From contig OZ245365.1 in NCBI GenBank assembly GCA_965226495.1, positions 832,001 to 896,000 of the forward strand: 64,000 nt of DNA. Direction: 5' to 3'. The notes beneath the pieces are model-generated. The model was not told the origin of the DNA and did no database searches. It saw nothing but the letters and a program-made list of their open reading frames with translations. This document shows, piece after piece, positions 39,017 through 48,720 of the stretch (position 1 is its first letter; each line of letters begins with the position of its first letter). Source of the stretch: Candidatus Marinacidobacterales bacterium (GTDB lineage Bacteria; Acidobacteriota; Vicinamibacteria; Marinacidobacterales; DATDRI01). The position numbers and the translations under genes are program-made.

Positions 39017-40090
39017 ATGCCTTCCCGCAGAAGCTTCATAGGGTTGCTGGCGGCTCCCGCCATCGCCGGCCCACTACGTAGAACTATGGTTCGTGAAAGC
39101 GAGTTCGTTCGAACCGGCAATCCCGTACTCGACACTCTGGAGCCGGTGATCACCGGATCCAATCATGTCAGCTTTCATGAGGACAAAGTGAGTCAGGTCG
39201 CCGACTGGATGGCGTACGAGTCCCTTCCATGGCCTGATTTCCGATCCCCACTCAATCCTGAGGGAAATGATCAGGACACGATGGACTTCATCTTCCTTAC
39301 GTCGACCATCAATTTCGCGTTCACAGATTTCGAGACCCACACTATTTACAAGGTCGACTACGCCGGTGGAGAGCAGTGGGACTCTTTGGGTATGGCGGCC
39401 GGCGTGAAGCGTGCCTACGACGATGGGATTCCGATCTTGGAGGGAAGCTACCTGGCAAAGGTGAAGCGGGTGGATCTCGAAAGGATCTTCAGCGGCAACA
39501 TCCCTATTCCAATGTTGGGTGAGCGCTTGGATATCTTTCGTGAAGTGGGCAAAGTGTTGGATGAGCGCTACGACGGGCGTTTCTACAACTTTGTGGAGGC
39601 CGGTCCGCCCCGTTTGTACGCAGACGGTAACGGGTTGCTGGAGCGCTTGTTGGCCGAGTTCCCGTCATTCCGTGATACCAGCATGTACCGTGGTTCCGAG
39701 GTCGCCTTCCAGAAGCGGGCACAGCTCTTGTGGTGGCAGTTACACGGACGGTTTCGGAAGAGCGGCTTCTTCAAACTGGAGGATCCCGAGGAGCTGACCA
39801 TCTTCGCAGACTACATCGTCCCGGTGGCGTTTCGCGTTTTTGGCATGATGTCGTACTCGCCGGAGCTAGAGGCGGCGATCAACGCGCGAAAGATTATTCC
39901 CGCTGACAGTGAAGAGGAAATCGAGATCCGAGCCTTCACGCTTTGGGGAGCACATCGATTGACCCAGGAGATCAACAAACGCCGTCCGCCAGAGCTGCAA
40001 GTCATCGGGCCGGTCGTCGACGGACGGCTTTGGACTCACTATCACGAGACCCATTGGCCTCATCACCTAACGATCACTACCGACTATTGA
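39017..40090 (+). CDS. queuosine salvage hydrolase family (Qng1/DUF2419) with twin-arginine-like leader
   Basis: INFAF, FPSFRD, F.KRAQL, LTIFADYIVP, EIEIRA, C-terminal PHHLTITTDY; N-terminus SRRSFIG. Confidence 0.85.
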   Translation: MPSRRSFIGLLAAPAIAGPLRRTMVRESEFVRTGNPVLDTLEPVITGSNHVSFHEDKVSQVADWMAYESLPWPDFRSPLNPEGNDQDTMDFIFLTSTINFAFTDFETHTIYKVDYAGGEQWDSLGMAAGVKRAYDDGIPILEGSYLAKVKRVDLERIFSGNIPIPMLGERLDIFREVGKVLDERYDGRFYNFVEAGPPRLYADGNGLLERLLAEFPSFRDTSMYRGSEVAFQKRAQLLWWQLHGRFRKSGFFKLEDPEELTIFADYIVPVAFRVFGMMSYSPELEAAINARKIIPADSEEEIEIRAFTLWGAHRLTQEINKRRPPELQVIGPVVDGRLWTHYHETHWPHHLTITTDY

Positions 40091-40104
40091 AAGGGGATTC
40101 GAGC

Positions 40105-41367
40105 ATGAACAATCCAGCGCCTCTTCGACCATCTTGGTGTCGATTCGTCCTGCTGTTCACCGCGCTTGGTATGGGATTGGGGGCCTGCGACGAGGCGAGC
40201 GAGATGGAGATCTCGACTACCGAGGTGGCCCCGCCGCTCAGTCAGAAAGAGAGAGCGGGACAGCTCGCTCAGGAAATCATCATCGCCGATACGCACATCG
40301 ACGTACCGTACCGATTGGCCGAGAAGATGGAAGACATCTCCACCAGAACCGAGGGAGGTGACTTCGACTACCCCAGGGCCAAAGAGGGTGGTCTCGATCT
40401 CGCCTTCATGTCCATCTACGTGCCCGCCGACCATCAGGGGACCGGTGACGCCAAAGGTGTCGCGGATCGGCTCATCGATATGGTCGAGAAATTCGCCGCC
40501 GACTGGCCCGACAAGTTCGCGATCGCGACCTCGGTGGCCGACGTCAGACAACAGTTTGCTCAGGGTAAGATTTCGCTCGCGTTAGGTATGGAAAACGGCG
40601 CACCCATAGAAACCATCGAAGATCTCCTTCATTTCTACAACCGGGGGATTCGGTACATCACACTCACGCACTCTAGGGTCAACCAGCTCTCCGATTCTTC
40701 TTTTGACGTCAATCGCCAGTGGAATGGATTGAGCCCGTTCGGCAAGGAAGTCGTCGCGGAAATGAACCGCCTCGGTATCATCGTCGACGTCTCGCATATT
40801 TCCGACGAGGCCTTCTATCAGGTGATGGAGCTCTCGACGGCTCCGGTGATCGCTTCTCATTCTTCGAGTCGACACTTCACGCCAGGTTTCGAGCGCAACA
40901 TGAGCGATGCGATGATCCAGAAACTAGGCGAGAATGGTGGGAGCATCGATATCAATTTCGGGTCTTCGTTCCTCGTCGATTCGATTCGGCAGGGTGAGAT
41001 GGGGATTCGGAAATACTTCCAGGAGAACAAAGTGCGCCCGGATTCCGATGAAGGGAAAGAGTACGTCCAAAGGTATCGGGAGAAGACGGGTCTCGGCTAC
41101 GCCGACGTCAGCGATGTGATGGCTCATGTCGATCGCGCCGTCAAGCTCGCAGGAATCGACCATGTGGGGCTGGGCTCGGACTTCGACGGGGTGGGGGACT
41201 CCCTCCCAACGGGTCTCAAGGATGTCTCCTTCTATCCCAACCTTATTTATGAGCTCCTGAAGAAGGGGTACTCCGAAGAGGACATCGCGAAGATCTGCTC
41301 CGGAAACGTGCTGCGCGTGTGGTCCGAAGTGGAGCGGAGGGCGGAGGAACTCCAGGCGAGCGAGTGA
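40105..41367 (+). CDS. membrane dipeptidase (peptidase M19), lipoprotein
   Basis: DTHID, GMENG, ITLTH, DVSH, ASHS, GLGSDFDG. Confidence 0.92.
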   Translation: MNNPAPLRPSWCRFVLLFTALGMGLGACDEASEMEISTTEVAPPLSQKERAGQLAQEIIIADTHIDVPYRLAEKMEDISTRTEGGDFDYPRAKEGGLDLAFMSIYVPADHQGTGDAKGVADRLIDMVEKFAADWPDKFAIATSVADVRQQFAQGKISLALGMENGAPIETIEDLLHFYNRGIRYITLTHSRVNQLSDSSFDVNRQWNGLSPFGKEVVAEMNRLGIIVDVSHISDEAFYQVMELSTAPVIASHSSSRHFTPGFERNMSDAMIQKLGENGGSIDINFGSSFLVDSIRQGEMGIRKYFQENKVRPDSDEGKEYVQRYREKTGLGYADVSDVMAHVDRAVKLAGIDHVGLGSDFDGVGDSLPTGLKDVSFYPNLIYELLKKGYSEEDIAKICSGNVLRVWSEVERRAEELQASE

Positions 41368-41471
41368 TAGGAGCGGCGGAATGGGAAAATCCATTTTTGG
41401 TCCGGCCATGGCGCTTCTCGTTGTCGTTCTCTGGCCGTGGGTGAGCGCTAGCTCGAGGAGACGCCGGAAAC

Positions 41472-41942
41472 ATGTCTGAGCGAGTCATCGAGCTCGATCT
41501 CGGGTGTCGACCGGAGCCGGCTGTTTCCGGTGCCGTGCTGGTGTCCTCCGAGTACTCGACGTTTTTGACGTTCAACGCCGTTAGACTTAACGAAGATGGG
41601 CCGGGCCTCGTGAGCTTAGGGCACGCCGTCGTCGAGTTCCACCATTGTTCCATCACGAAGTTTGGTTATCCAAACGACGAGGCACGCTGGGGCATACCGC
41701 GCTACCAAGTGACGTCGTACGGAATCTACGAGGTTAAGAACTCGGAGTGGATTCCCGAGATCGTTCGACTGAATCGGTATCGCTTTCCGGATACGCCCGA
41801 GGACACGAGCACGCGGCACTTTCTTTTCGCGTTTCACGACAGCACGTTCGAGTGCCTGGCGGGGGACATGAAGCTCGAGCTGACCACCGAGCCCTACGAG
41901 CAAGTCTTCGCGCGGATTTCCGCGCGGTTGTTGTCGGAGTGA
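41472..41942 (+). CDS. hypothetical protein
   Basis: GAGGAG RBS; FGYPNDEA, YEVKNSEW, HFLFAFHDSTFECLA. Confidence 0.75.
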   Translation: MSERVIELDLGCRPEPAVSGAVLVSSEYSTFLTFNAVRLNEDGPGLVSLGHAVVEFHHCSITKFGYPNDEARWGIPRYQVTSYGIYEVKNSEWIPEIVRLNRYRFPDTPEDTSTRHFLFAFHDSTFECLAGDMKLELTTEPYEQVFARISARLLSE

Positions 41943-41946
41943 GCTG

Positions 41947-42771
41947 GTGACTGGTTCCGAAAAGGATCTTTCGTTTCATGCCTTCGAGCGCGAAGCGTGG
42001 GAGAGAGTCGTTTCCGTTTACCACACGGGTTTCGGGGAGCTCACATCTCAGACCATCGAGCCACTCCTCGACGCGGCAGAGGTAAGAGCGGGTGTCCAAG
42101 TGCTCGACGTCGCTTCCGGGCCGGGGTACGTGGCGGCGGCGGCCGCGGCGCGGGGTGCCCACGTCATCGGTGTCGATTTTTCGAATGCGATGGTGAAGGA
42201 GGCGAGAAGGCGATACCCGGATGTGGAGTATCAGGCGGGGGACGCCGAAGAGCTTTCTTTCCCCGCCGCTCGGTTCGACTCAGTGGTCATGAATTTCGGT
42301 TTGCTCCACCTCGAGAGACCGGAACGGGCCCTTTCTGAGGTGCATCGAGTGCTTCGCCCGAAGGGACGAGTCGCGTTCACGGTCTGGGACGATCCAAGCG
42401 TGGCCGTCGGCTTCAAGATCGTTCTCGATGCCGTCGAAAAGTGGGGGGATATGAATGTGCCGCTTCCTCCCGGGCCCCCCTTTTTTCGCTACCGCGATCC
42501 TGCGGAGGCCACGAAGGCGCTACGTGAAGCGGAGTTCGAGAATCCGGACCGGCTCGAGCTCCGACTCGTTTGGCGGGTCCCCACACCGGAAGCTCCCTTT
42601 GAATTCATGCTGGGAGGAACCGCACGAACCGGCGGGCTTCTTCGGGCCCAGACCCCGGAAGCTCTCGAAGCCATTCGCCAGGCTGTGCGCGAAGGAACCT
42701 CGTCCTACCAAGTGCGTGGCACCTGGGAGATCCCGATGCAAGCGGTCGTGTACTCGGCCGTTAAGCCATAG
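41947..42771 (+). CDS. class I SAM-dependent methyltransferase (UbiE-like)
   Basis: VLDVASGPG, GVDFS, GDAEEL.F..FD, RVLRPKG. Confidence 0.9.
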   Translation: MTGSEKDLSFHAFEREAWERVVSVYHTGFGELTSQTIEPLLDAAEVRAGVQVLDVASGPGYVAAAAAARGAHVIGVDFSNAMVKEARRRYPDVEYQAGDAEELSFPAARFDSVVMNFGLLHLERPERALSEVHRVLRPKGRVAFTVWDDPSVAVGFKIVLDAVEKWGDMNVPLPPGPPFFRYRDPAEATKALREAEFENPDRLELRLVWRVPTPEAPFEFMLGGTARTGGLLRAQTPEALEAIRQAVREGTSSYQVRGTWEIPMQAVVYSAVKP

Positions 42772-42939
42772 GTGCCGAACGAGTTCGCCTTCGGCCCGCC
42801 CTTGGGAAATCCATCGACTGGGTGGTTTATCCTACATCTTCCCTGGGGGGAAAACCCATCACATGCGCTCACTTCAATTCCCCGGCGGCTAGGGTATAAC
42901 CATAAGGCAGAGCAGTAACTGCGGAGGTTTGTCGAGCCC

Positions 42940-43011
42940 ATGCAAGAGATTTTCGCGATTGCCTTTTTCGGCCTGGCTGCCGTGATCTACCTGGTGCAGG
43001 TCAGCCGTTAG
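42940..43011 (+). CDS. unannotated 23-aa single-TM small protein (MQEIFAIAFFGLAAVIYLVQVSR)
   Basis: GGAGG upstream; its TAG stop overlaps the AGGAG RBS of the bactofilin gene. Confidence 0.55.
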   Translation: MQEIFAIAFFGLAAVIYLVQVSR

Positions 43012-43021
43012 GAGAAAAGAC

Positions 43022-43558
43022 ATGTGGAAGAAGAACGAAGCGAGGACGTATACTCCTCAGACCCCGACTCCGGCTCCGGCTCCGGTGAACCAGCCGGAAC
43101 GGAGCAAGAAGGAGCTGTCCATCATCGGCCCGTCGATTACGGTCAAGGGTGAGCTCTTCGGCAAAGAGGATCTCGAGGTCCAGGGAAAGGTTGAGGGTAC
43201 TATCTCGCTCAAGAAGCACAGCGTCTCGGTCGGTGAGAACGGTCGTGTCAAAGCCGACATTCATGCGAAGAGCATCCAGATTGGCGGAGACGTAAAGGGG
43301 AACCTTTTCGGCGACGATGAGGTCGTGATTTCGCGGTCCGGCCGTGTGGAAGGGGACATCAAGGCCTCTCGGGTGACACTGGAGAACGGGTCCAAGTTCA
43401 AGGGAAGTATCGACATGGAGCCCAAGTCGGAAGACAAGGAACGCGACAAGGAGCGTACGACGGACGACGACGTATCCAAGTCGGCGAAATCTCCAGACAA
43501 CGGCGGCTTCGCCAGGCAGGGCTCGTCGCTGCGCAGCGGGAGCTCCGCCCCGGCGTAA
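43022..43558 (+). CDS. bactofilin (polymer-forming cytoskeletal protein)
   Basis: SIIGPSITVKGEL..EDL.V.GKVEG.I beta-helix repeats; MWKK N-terminus. Confidence 0.92.
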   Translation: MWKKNEARTYTPQTPTPAPAPVNQPERSKKELSIIGPSITVKGELFGKEDLEVQGKVEGTISLKKHSVSVGENGRVKADIHAKSIQIGGDVKGNLFGDDEVVISRSGRVEGDIKASRVTLENGSKFKGSIDMEPKSEDKERDKERTTDDDVSKSAKSPDNGGFARQGSSLRSGSSAPA

Positions 43559-43567
43559 GGACGTCTA

Positions 43568-44233
43568 ATGTTGCAGCTCACTTCACCCTGGACAAAAGAA
43601 CGTTACTGGAACCAAACACCTGCCGCGGATAACGGCGAGTATCATTCACTCGCCTTTCCCGGCGTGGTGGAAAAGTTCGCCGAGGATCAGAAGTATCAGA
43701 TCCTCGATCTCGGGCGGGCGCACGGTCCCAACGTCGAGTTTTTCTCGCAATTCTCGTGCACGTACTACGTCGCCGACCTTTACCGCGCGCTGCAGTCCTA
43801 TACCCTGGCGCCTGCCGAAGAAGATGACGACGGGTCCCGGCTCTCCCAAATCTTCGAGGAGTTGCTTCCCTACACCGAAGACACGCGTTTCGATCTCATC
43901 TTGGCGTGGGATCTCCTGAACTACCTACGGCCCGAGCAGATCGAGGCGATGAGTCGTCGCCTCGCGAGTTTCTCGAAGGAAGGGACCACCATCTTCGCCA
44001 TGATCGCCATCCACCAATCGATCCCGGCGCGGCCGTGCGGTTTCAAGATCGTGGACGCGGCGTCTTTCGACTACGATTCGACAACGGACCGACCTCGGCC
44101 CTCTCCTCGCCACAAGGAGCCCGACCTTTGTCGGCTGATGCCCGGCTTCGAGGTGGAAAACACGTTCTTACTGCGAAACGGGCTACAGGAGTACGTGTTC
44201 ATTTTCAATCCCGACCTTCCCTCCGAAGGGTAA
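43568..44233 (+). CDS. class I methyltransferase-like protein
   Basis: ILDLGRA and FDLILAWDLLNYL; follows bactofilin after 9 nt. Confidence 0.7.
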   Translation: MLQLTSPWTKERYWNQTPAADNGEYHSLAFPGVVEKFAEDQKYQILDLGRAHGPNVEFFSQFSCTYYVADLYRALQSYTLAPAEEDDDGSRLSQIFEELLPYTEDTRFDLILAWDLLNYLRPEQIEAMSRRLASFSKEGTTIFAMIAIHQSIPARPCGFKIVDAASFDYDSTTDRPRPSPRHKEPDLCRLMPGFEVENTFLLRNGLQEYVFIFNPDLPSEG

Positions 44234-44281
44234 GCCGCCCGATAGATCGTCCCAGGTCTCGCGGTATACTCGGGCCGAACG

Positions 44282-44944
44282 ATGGTGCCGCGAGTCAAAA
44301 TCTGTTGTATCGCGAGCGAAGCCGAAGCCGCTCTAGCGGTTCGTCTCGGGGCGTCCGCGCTGGGACTGGTCTCGGAAATGCCGAGCGGGCCCGGGGTCAT
44401 CGCCGAAGCGACGATCCGCCAGATCGCCAAGGGCGTTCCACCTGGCGTCTCTTCGTTCCTTCTGACCAGCCGTCAAGACGTTGACTCCATCGTCGCCCAG
44501 CAGAAACAGACGGGTGTGAGCACGATCCAGCTCGTCGACGAGCTTCCTCCCGGCTTGCATGAACAGCTTCGTAAAGCGCTGCCCGGGATTCGAGTCGTCC
44601 AAGTGATTCACGTTATGGACGAGGGCTCGGTGGAGGAGGCGACCTCCGTTGCTCCCCATGTCGATGCGCTTCTTCTGGATTCTGGAAATCCCAGGCTCGC
44701 CGTGAAAGAGCTTGGAGGTACCGGTCGAACGCATGACTGGACCCTCAGCCGGAAGATTCGTGACGCCGTGCCGAATCCGGTTTTTCTGGCCGGTGGCCTC
44801 ACCGCAGCCAACGTACGCGACGCGATTGAGGAAGTTGCTCCCTTCGGGGTCGACGTCTGCAGTGGCGTGCGCACCGACGACAAACTGGACGAAACAAAGA
44901 CCGAGGATTTCATTCACGCGGTACGCCAGGGGTTCGTAAAGTGA
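44282..44944 (+). CDS. trpF: phosphoribosylanthranilate isomerase
   Basis: VKICCI, LLLDSG, GGTGRTHDW, LAGGL, VDVCSGV. Confidence 0.9.
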   Translation: MVPRVKICCIASEAEAALAVRLGASALGLVSEMPSGPGVIAEATIRQIAKGVPPGVSSFLLTSRQDVDSIVAQQKQTGVSTIQLVDELPPGLHEQLRKALPGIRVVQVIHVMDEGSVEEATSVAPHVDALLLDSGNPRLAVKELGGTGRTHDWTLSRKIRDAVPNPVFLAGGLTAANVRDAIEEVAPFGVDVCSGVRTDDKLDETKTEDFIHAVRQGFVK

Positions 44945-45342
44945 TCGACGGGATCGTCAAGTTCAATCGGGCCGTCTTCAAGATGCCCCTCGAGTGGCGT
45001 ATGTGGCTGATGTTGTTGATGGCGGTGAACCTGATCGTGCCGTTTTTCTTTATCGACCGGATCGAAGCCCGGGTGGTTCTAGTCACCATGATCCTCAGCG
45101 CCGCGCTCATGATGGCGCTGACCGGCAAGTTCGGGTTCGCGCGGATCCTGGGGTTAGGACACGTCCTATGGATCCCCTTGATCTTCTACCTATGGACGAG
45201 ACTCGGACAGCATGGGCCGGATGAGCCGTTCGGTATTTGGATTCGGTTTTTGATGGTAGTCAACGCGGTTTCGGTGGTCATCGACGTCGTCGATGTCGTC
45301 CGCTACGTGAGGGGCGACCGTGCAGAGACGGTCAAGGTGTAG
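44941..45342 (+). CDS. hypothetical membrane protein
   Basis: Four TM segments; GFARILGLGH; GTGA overlap with trpF. Confidence 0.75.
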   Translation: MIDGIVKFNRAVFKMPLEWRMWLMLLMAVNLIVPFFFIDRIEARVVLVTMILSAALMMALTGKFGFARILGLGHVLWIPLIFYLWTRLGQHGPDEPFGIWIRFLMVVNAVSVVIDVVDVVRYVRGDRAETVKV

Positions 45343-45352
45343 CCTCGACAGG

Positions 45353-45796
45353 CTAGCTCGGGAGCTCCGGGAAGGCGTAATGCTTCAGTAGGTCTCTTTC
45401 CTCCCTCATTTCATCGAAGAACGCGCGAGTGAGGTCGGATTGAGTCACCATACCCAAGTAGTTATTTCCGTCCAGCACCAGGAGGTGTCGGGTCTCGTGA
45501 TCCTTCATCCGCTCCGCCGCCACCAGACATCTCTCTTCCGGACGCGCGGTCACCAGATCGGGGCTCATCACTTCCCTCACGGATGTGGATTTGGGATTGA
45601 CCCCTTTAGCCACGACCCGATTGAGTAGGTCGCGCTCCGAGAAGACTCCACAGCAACTCCCGTCGTCTTCTTGGACGGCAACCGCTCCGACTTTGTGGTC
45701 GGTCATGTATTCGCATACCTTTCCGACCGAATCGCTTGCCAGCGCGAAGTAATAGTCTGACCGCCCTTCGATAATCTCGCCAATCGTTTTTCCCAC
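45353..45796 (-). CDS. CBS-pair domain protein
   Basis: VGAVAV..GVFSERDL, VREVMS, RHLLV..GMVT. Confidence 0.85.
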   Translation of the reverse strand: MGKTIGEIIEGRSDYYFALASDSVGKVCEYMTDHKVGAVAVQEDDGSCCGVFSERDLLNRVVAKGVNPKSTSVREVMSPDLVTARPEERCLVAAERMKDHETRHLLVLDGNNYLGMVTQSDLTRAFFDEMREERDLLKHYAFPELPS

Positions 45797-45806
45797 GATT
45801 GCACCC

Positions 45807-46001
45807 CTATGAAGCTTTGCTTTCCTTGCGCACCGGGCAGGTTTCACAGGACAAGGAATCGCCGTCGGGACCGACGGCCGCTTCTCCTCCACAAGAGCCG
45901 CGGAGGCAGCGGCCGCTGAAAAGCACTCCTACCGCCATGACCAGCATCGCCAGGCTGATGATCAGAACGGTGATAAGGAAGACGCCCATAGCTAAGTCCA
46001 T
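45807..46001 (-). CDS. nqrM: NqrM-like (Na+-NQR maturation) small membrane protein
   Basis: TM segment with MAVGV, then LRGSCGG and a Cys cluster (CETCP). Confidence 0.7.
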   Translation of the reverse strand: MDLAMGVFLITVLIISLAMLVMAVGVLFSGRCLRGSCGGEAAVGPDGDSLSCETCPVRKESKAS

Positions 46002-46107
46002 TTTACCGACTTTCCGCGGAAACTGCCGACCTCCAACTGGGGGAGGAAAGGATTCCTACTTTGACCGGGTAGACCGGTACTGTTACATTCCTGGCGGGAG
46101 ATCGGCG

Positions 46108-48702
46108 ATGGAATTCACGACCATTGGGCCATACCGCGTTCTTCAAAGGTTGGGGAGTGGCGGTATGGGTGAGGTCTATCTTGCCGAGGACACTCGGCTC
46201 CATCGCCGAGTTGCTCTCAAGCGTCTCACCGGTTCACGCCTCACGACCCCGGAGGCACGAAACCAGCTCCTTCGCGAGGCGCGAGCGGCCGCCATTTTGA
46301 ATCATCCCAACATTGCTGTCGTCTACGACGTGATAGACGACGGTAACCAGTCCATTATCGTCATGGAATACGTGGCGGGGGAGACGCTGGCACAACTAGT
46401 GCGTCGCGGTCGACTTTCTCCCCATCAAGTCATCGACATCGGCATCCAACTCGCTAGCGCGCTGGCAGAAGCGCACGAGCACGAGATCATTCATCGGGAT
46501 CTCAAGCCGGCGAACATCCTGCTGACGCCTGACGGTAAGGCTAAGATTCTGGATTTCGGCCTCGCCAAGGCTCCCCCTACGCCGGATGCCTCGGCAACCA
46601 CCGACGGACGGGTCGTCGGAACACCCGCCTATATGGCGCCGGAACAAATGCTGGGCTACCGGGCCGACCACCGCGCCGACCTCTTCAGCTTGGGAGTCGT
46701 CTTGTTCCAGCTCCTAACCGGCCGCTGGCCCTTCGAGGACCGGGATTCGCAGGCTTTGACCCTTGCGGAAATGAAAGAGCACACTCCCCGGGCCGCGGAA
46801 TTCGACGCGAATATCCCGCTGGAGCTCAGCGCGGTCGTTTTCCGATCGATGTCTCCGGAACCTGGGCAGCGTCAACAGTCCGCGAGGGAGCTTGGAGAGG
46901 AGCTCGAGAGACTAGCGGGCGCGCTTCCCGAGCAACCGACTTTGGGCCGTTTCACTTCCAGTATGGAACCGCTTCCGGGAATCAAGAAGTCTCGATCGCG
47001 AACGGCCGTACCCTACCGCAAGGTCGCGGTGGTTGCCGGCCTATTAAGCGCGGCAGTGGCGGTGTGGTTGCTAGTGGCGGGGAAGATACCGACGCACGAT
47101 CCTGGGGGCGATGGACCTCCGGTGATTGCGGTGCTCCCTTTGGCTAACGTTAGCGGAGATCCGACGATCGAGCACGTTGGGGTTGGGATCGCGCACACGC
47201 TCATCACCAAGCTGTCGGCCATACCGTCGGTCACGATGATCTCCAGGTCCGCTACACTCGAGTACAGTGGACAGAGCCAGGACACACGAAAGGTCGCCAA
47301 AGATCTCGGCGCCTCCTTTGTCGTGAACGGCTCGGTGCAGCGTTTGGATGACTTGCTTCACATCACCGTCAACCTCGTTCGCTCTGACGATTCGGTGGTT
47401 TGGGGCGGGGAGTACGACGGAAAACTGAGCGAGCTCTTCGAGCTTCAGCGGAAGCTAGCCAGTGGAATCACTCGGGCACTTCATCTAAACCTGACGCCCG
47501 CCGAGGCGCGACGGTTCGAGGCCCCTCCCACGTCGAACATAGACGCCTTTGCAGAGTTTTCTCAGGGCCGTGATTTCCTGGACCGGCCCCACGATCCCGA
47601 TAACCTCGATCGGGCCGTTGCACTTTTCGAGAGCGCTCTGGCTAAGGATCCCAACTTCGTCCAAGCGCATGCCGCATTGGGGGAGGCCTATTGGGCTCGA
47701 TTCGAACGGACGACCGACTCACGCTGGACGGACAAGGCTCGTATCGCCGCCGAAGAGGCGCGTCGCTTGGACCCCGATCATCCCTCGGTGACTTATACTT
47801 TGGCAGTCATCTACGAGGGCTCGGGGAGAACTGATGAAGCGGTGGAGGAGCTTCGCCGAACCCTCACCCTGCAGCCCAACAGCGACGATTCGTACCGGTT
47901 GCTCGGAGAGATTCTTGCCGAGAGTGGCCGAATCGACGATGCCGCAGAGGAGTTTCGTCGAGCCATCGCGATCCGACCCAGCTTCTGGGGACACTATTAC
48001 TCGCTTGGCCGCGCGTACTTCAATGCTGGAAAACTGGCAGATGCCGCGCTTGCCTTTCAACGCGTGACCGAGCTCCAGCCCGACTTGCCGGTTGGATTTC
48101 AAACACTCGGAGTCACCTATCACATGATGGGGGACCTCGATCGAGCGGTGCCGAATTACTTGAAGGCCATCGAGCAGGGGCCTGCCTGGGCGGCTCACTC
48201 CAACTTGGGGACGATCTACTATCGCCAAGGCAAGTTCTCGAAGGCGGCGCAGTCCTATGAGGAGGCGATAAAGCTGGATCCCAGCTCGTCGAATCACCAT
48301 CGCAATCTGGGAGACGCTTTCCAGAAATTGAATCGCCCGGAGGATGCCCGCAAGTCATACCTCACATCGGCGGAGCTCGATCGTAACCGGCTTGAAGTGA
48401 ATCCAAATGATGCGCGAGCGATGGAAATGCTTGCCGTCGTAGAAGCGAAACTGGGTCGAACCAGCGAGGCGTTACGTCTTGCCGCCGAAGCTGTCAAACT
48501 GGCACCCGAGGATGGCCAGGTGCTTTACAGCAAAGCCGTTGTGCACGCGCTGAACGGTCAGACAGAGGAAGCGATGGTCGCCTTGAGAGACGCGCTCGCT
48601 CATGGATACAGCCTCGCAGAAGTGCGTGAGGATGAGGATCTGGCCGCGCTCTGGGAGCTGCCAGCGTTCAAAGATCTGGTGGATGGCGAAACAACTGGTT
48701 AA
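46108..48702 (+). CDS. Ser/Thr protein kinase with TM, TolB-like and TPR domains
   Basis: LGSGGMGEVY, VALK, HRDLKPANI, DFGLA, GTPAYMAPE; IAVLPL; multiple TPRs. Confidence 0.93.
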   Translation: MEFTTIGPYRVLQRLGSGGMGEVYLAEDTRLHRRVALKRLTGSRLTTPEARNQLLREARAAAILNHPNIAVVYDVIDDGNQSIIVMEYVAGETLAQLVRRGRLSPHQVIDIGIQLASALAEAHEHEIIHRDLKPANILLTPDGKAKILDFGLAKAPPTPDASATTDGRVVGTPAYMAPEQMLGYRADHRADLFSLGVVLFQLLTGRWPFEDRDSQALTLAEMKEHTPRAAEFDANIPLELSAVVFRSMSPEPGQRQQSARELGEELERLAGALPEQPTLGRFTSSMEPLPGIKKSRSRTAVPYRKVAVVAGLLSAAVAVWLLVAGKIPTHDPGGDGPPVIAVLPLANVSGDPTIEHVGVGIAHTLITKLSAIPSVTMISRSATLEYSGQSQDTRKVAKDLGASFVVNGSVQRLDDLLHITVNLVRSDDSVVWGGEYDGKLSELFELQRKLASGITRALHLNLTPAEARRFEAPPTSNIDAFAEFSQGRDFLDRPHDPDNLDRAVALFESALAKDPNFVQAHAALGEAYWARFERTTDSRWTDKARIAAEEARRLDPDHPSVTYTLAVIYEGSGRTDEAVEELRRTLTLQPNSDDSYRLLGEILAESGRIDDAAEEFRRAIAIRPSFWGHYYSLGRAYFNAGKLADAALAFQRVTELQPDLPVGFQTLGVTYHMMGDLDRAVPNYLKAIEQGPAWAAHSNLGTIYYRQGKFSKAAQSYEEAIKLDPSSSNHHRNLGDAFQKLNRPEDARKSYLTSAELDRNRLEVNPNDARAMEMLAVVEAKLGRTSEALRLAAEAVKLAPEDGQVLYSKAVVHALNGQTEEAMVALRDALAHGYSLAEVREDEDLAALWELPAFKDLVDGETTG

Positions 48703-48720
48703 AGGAGGAGGGACCGCTCT

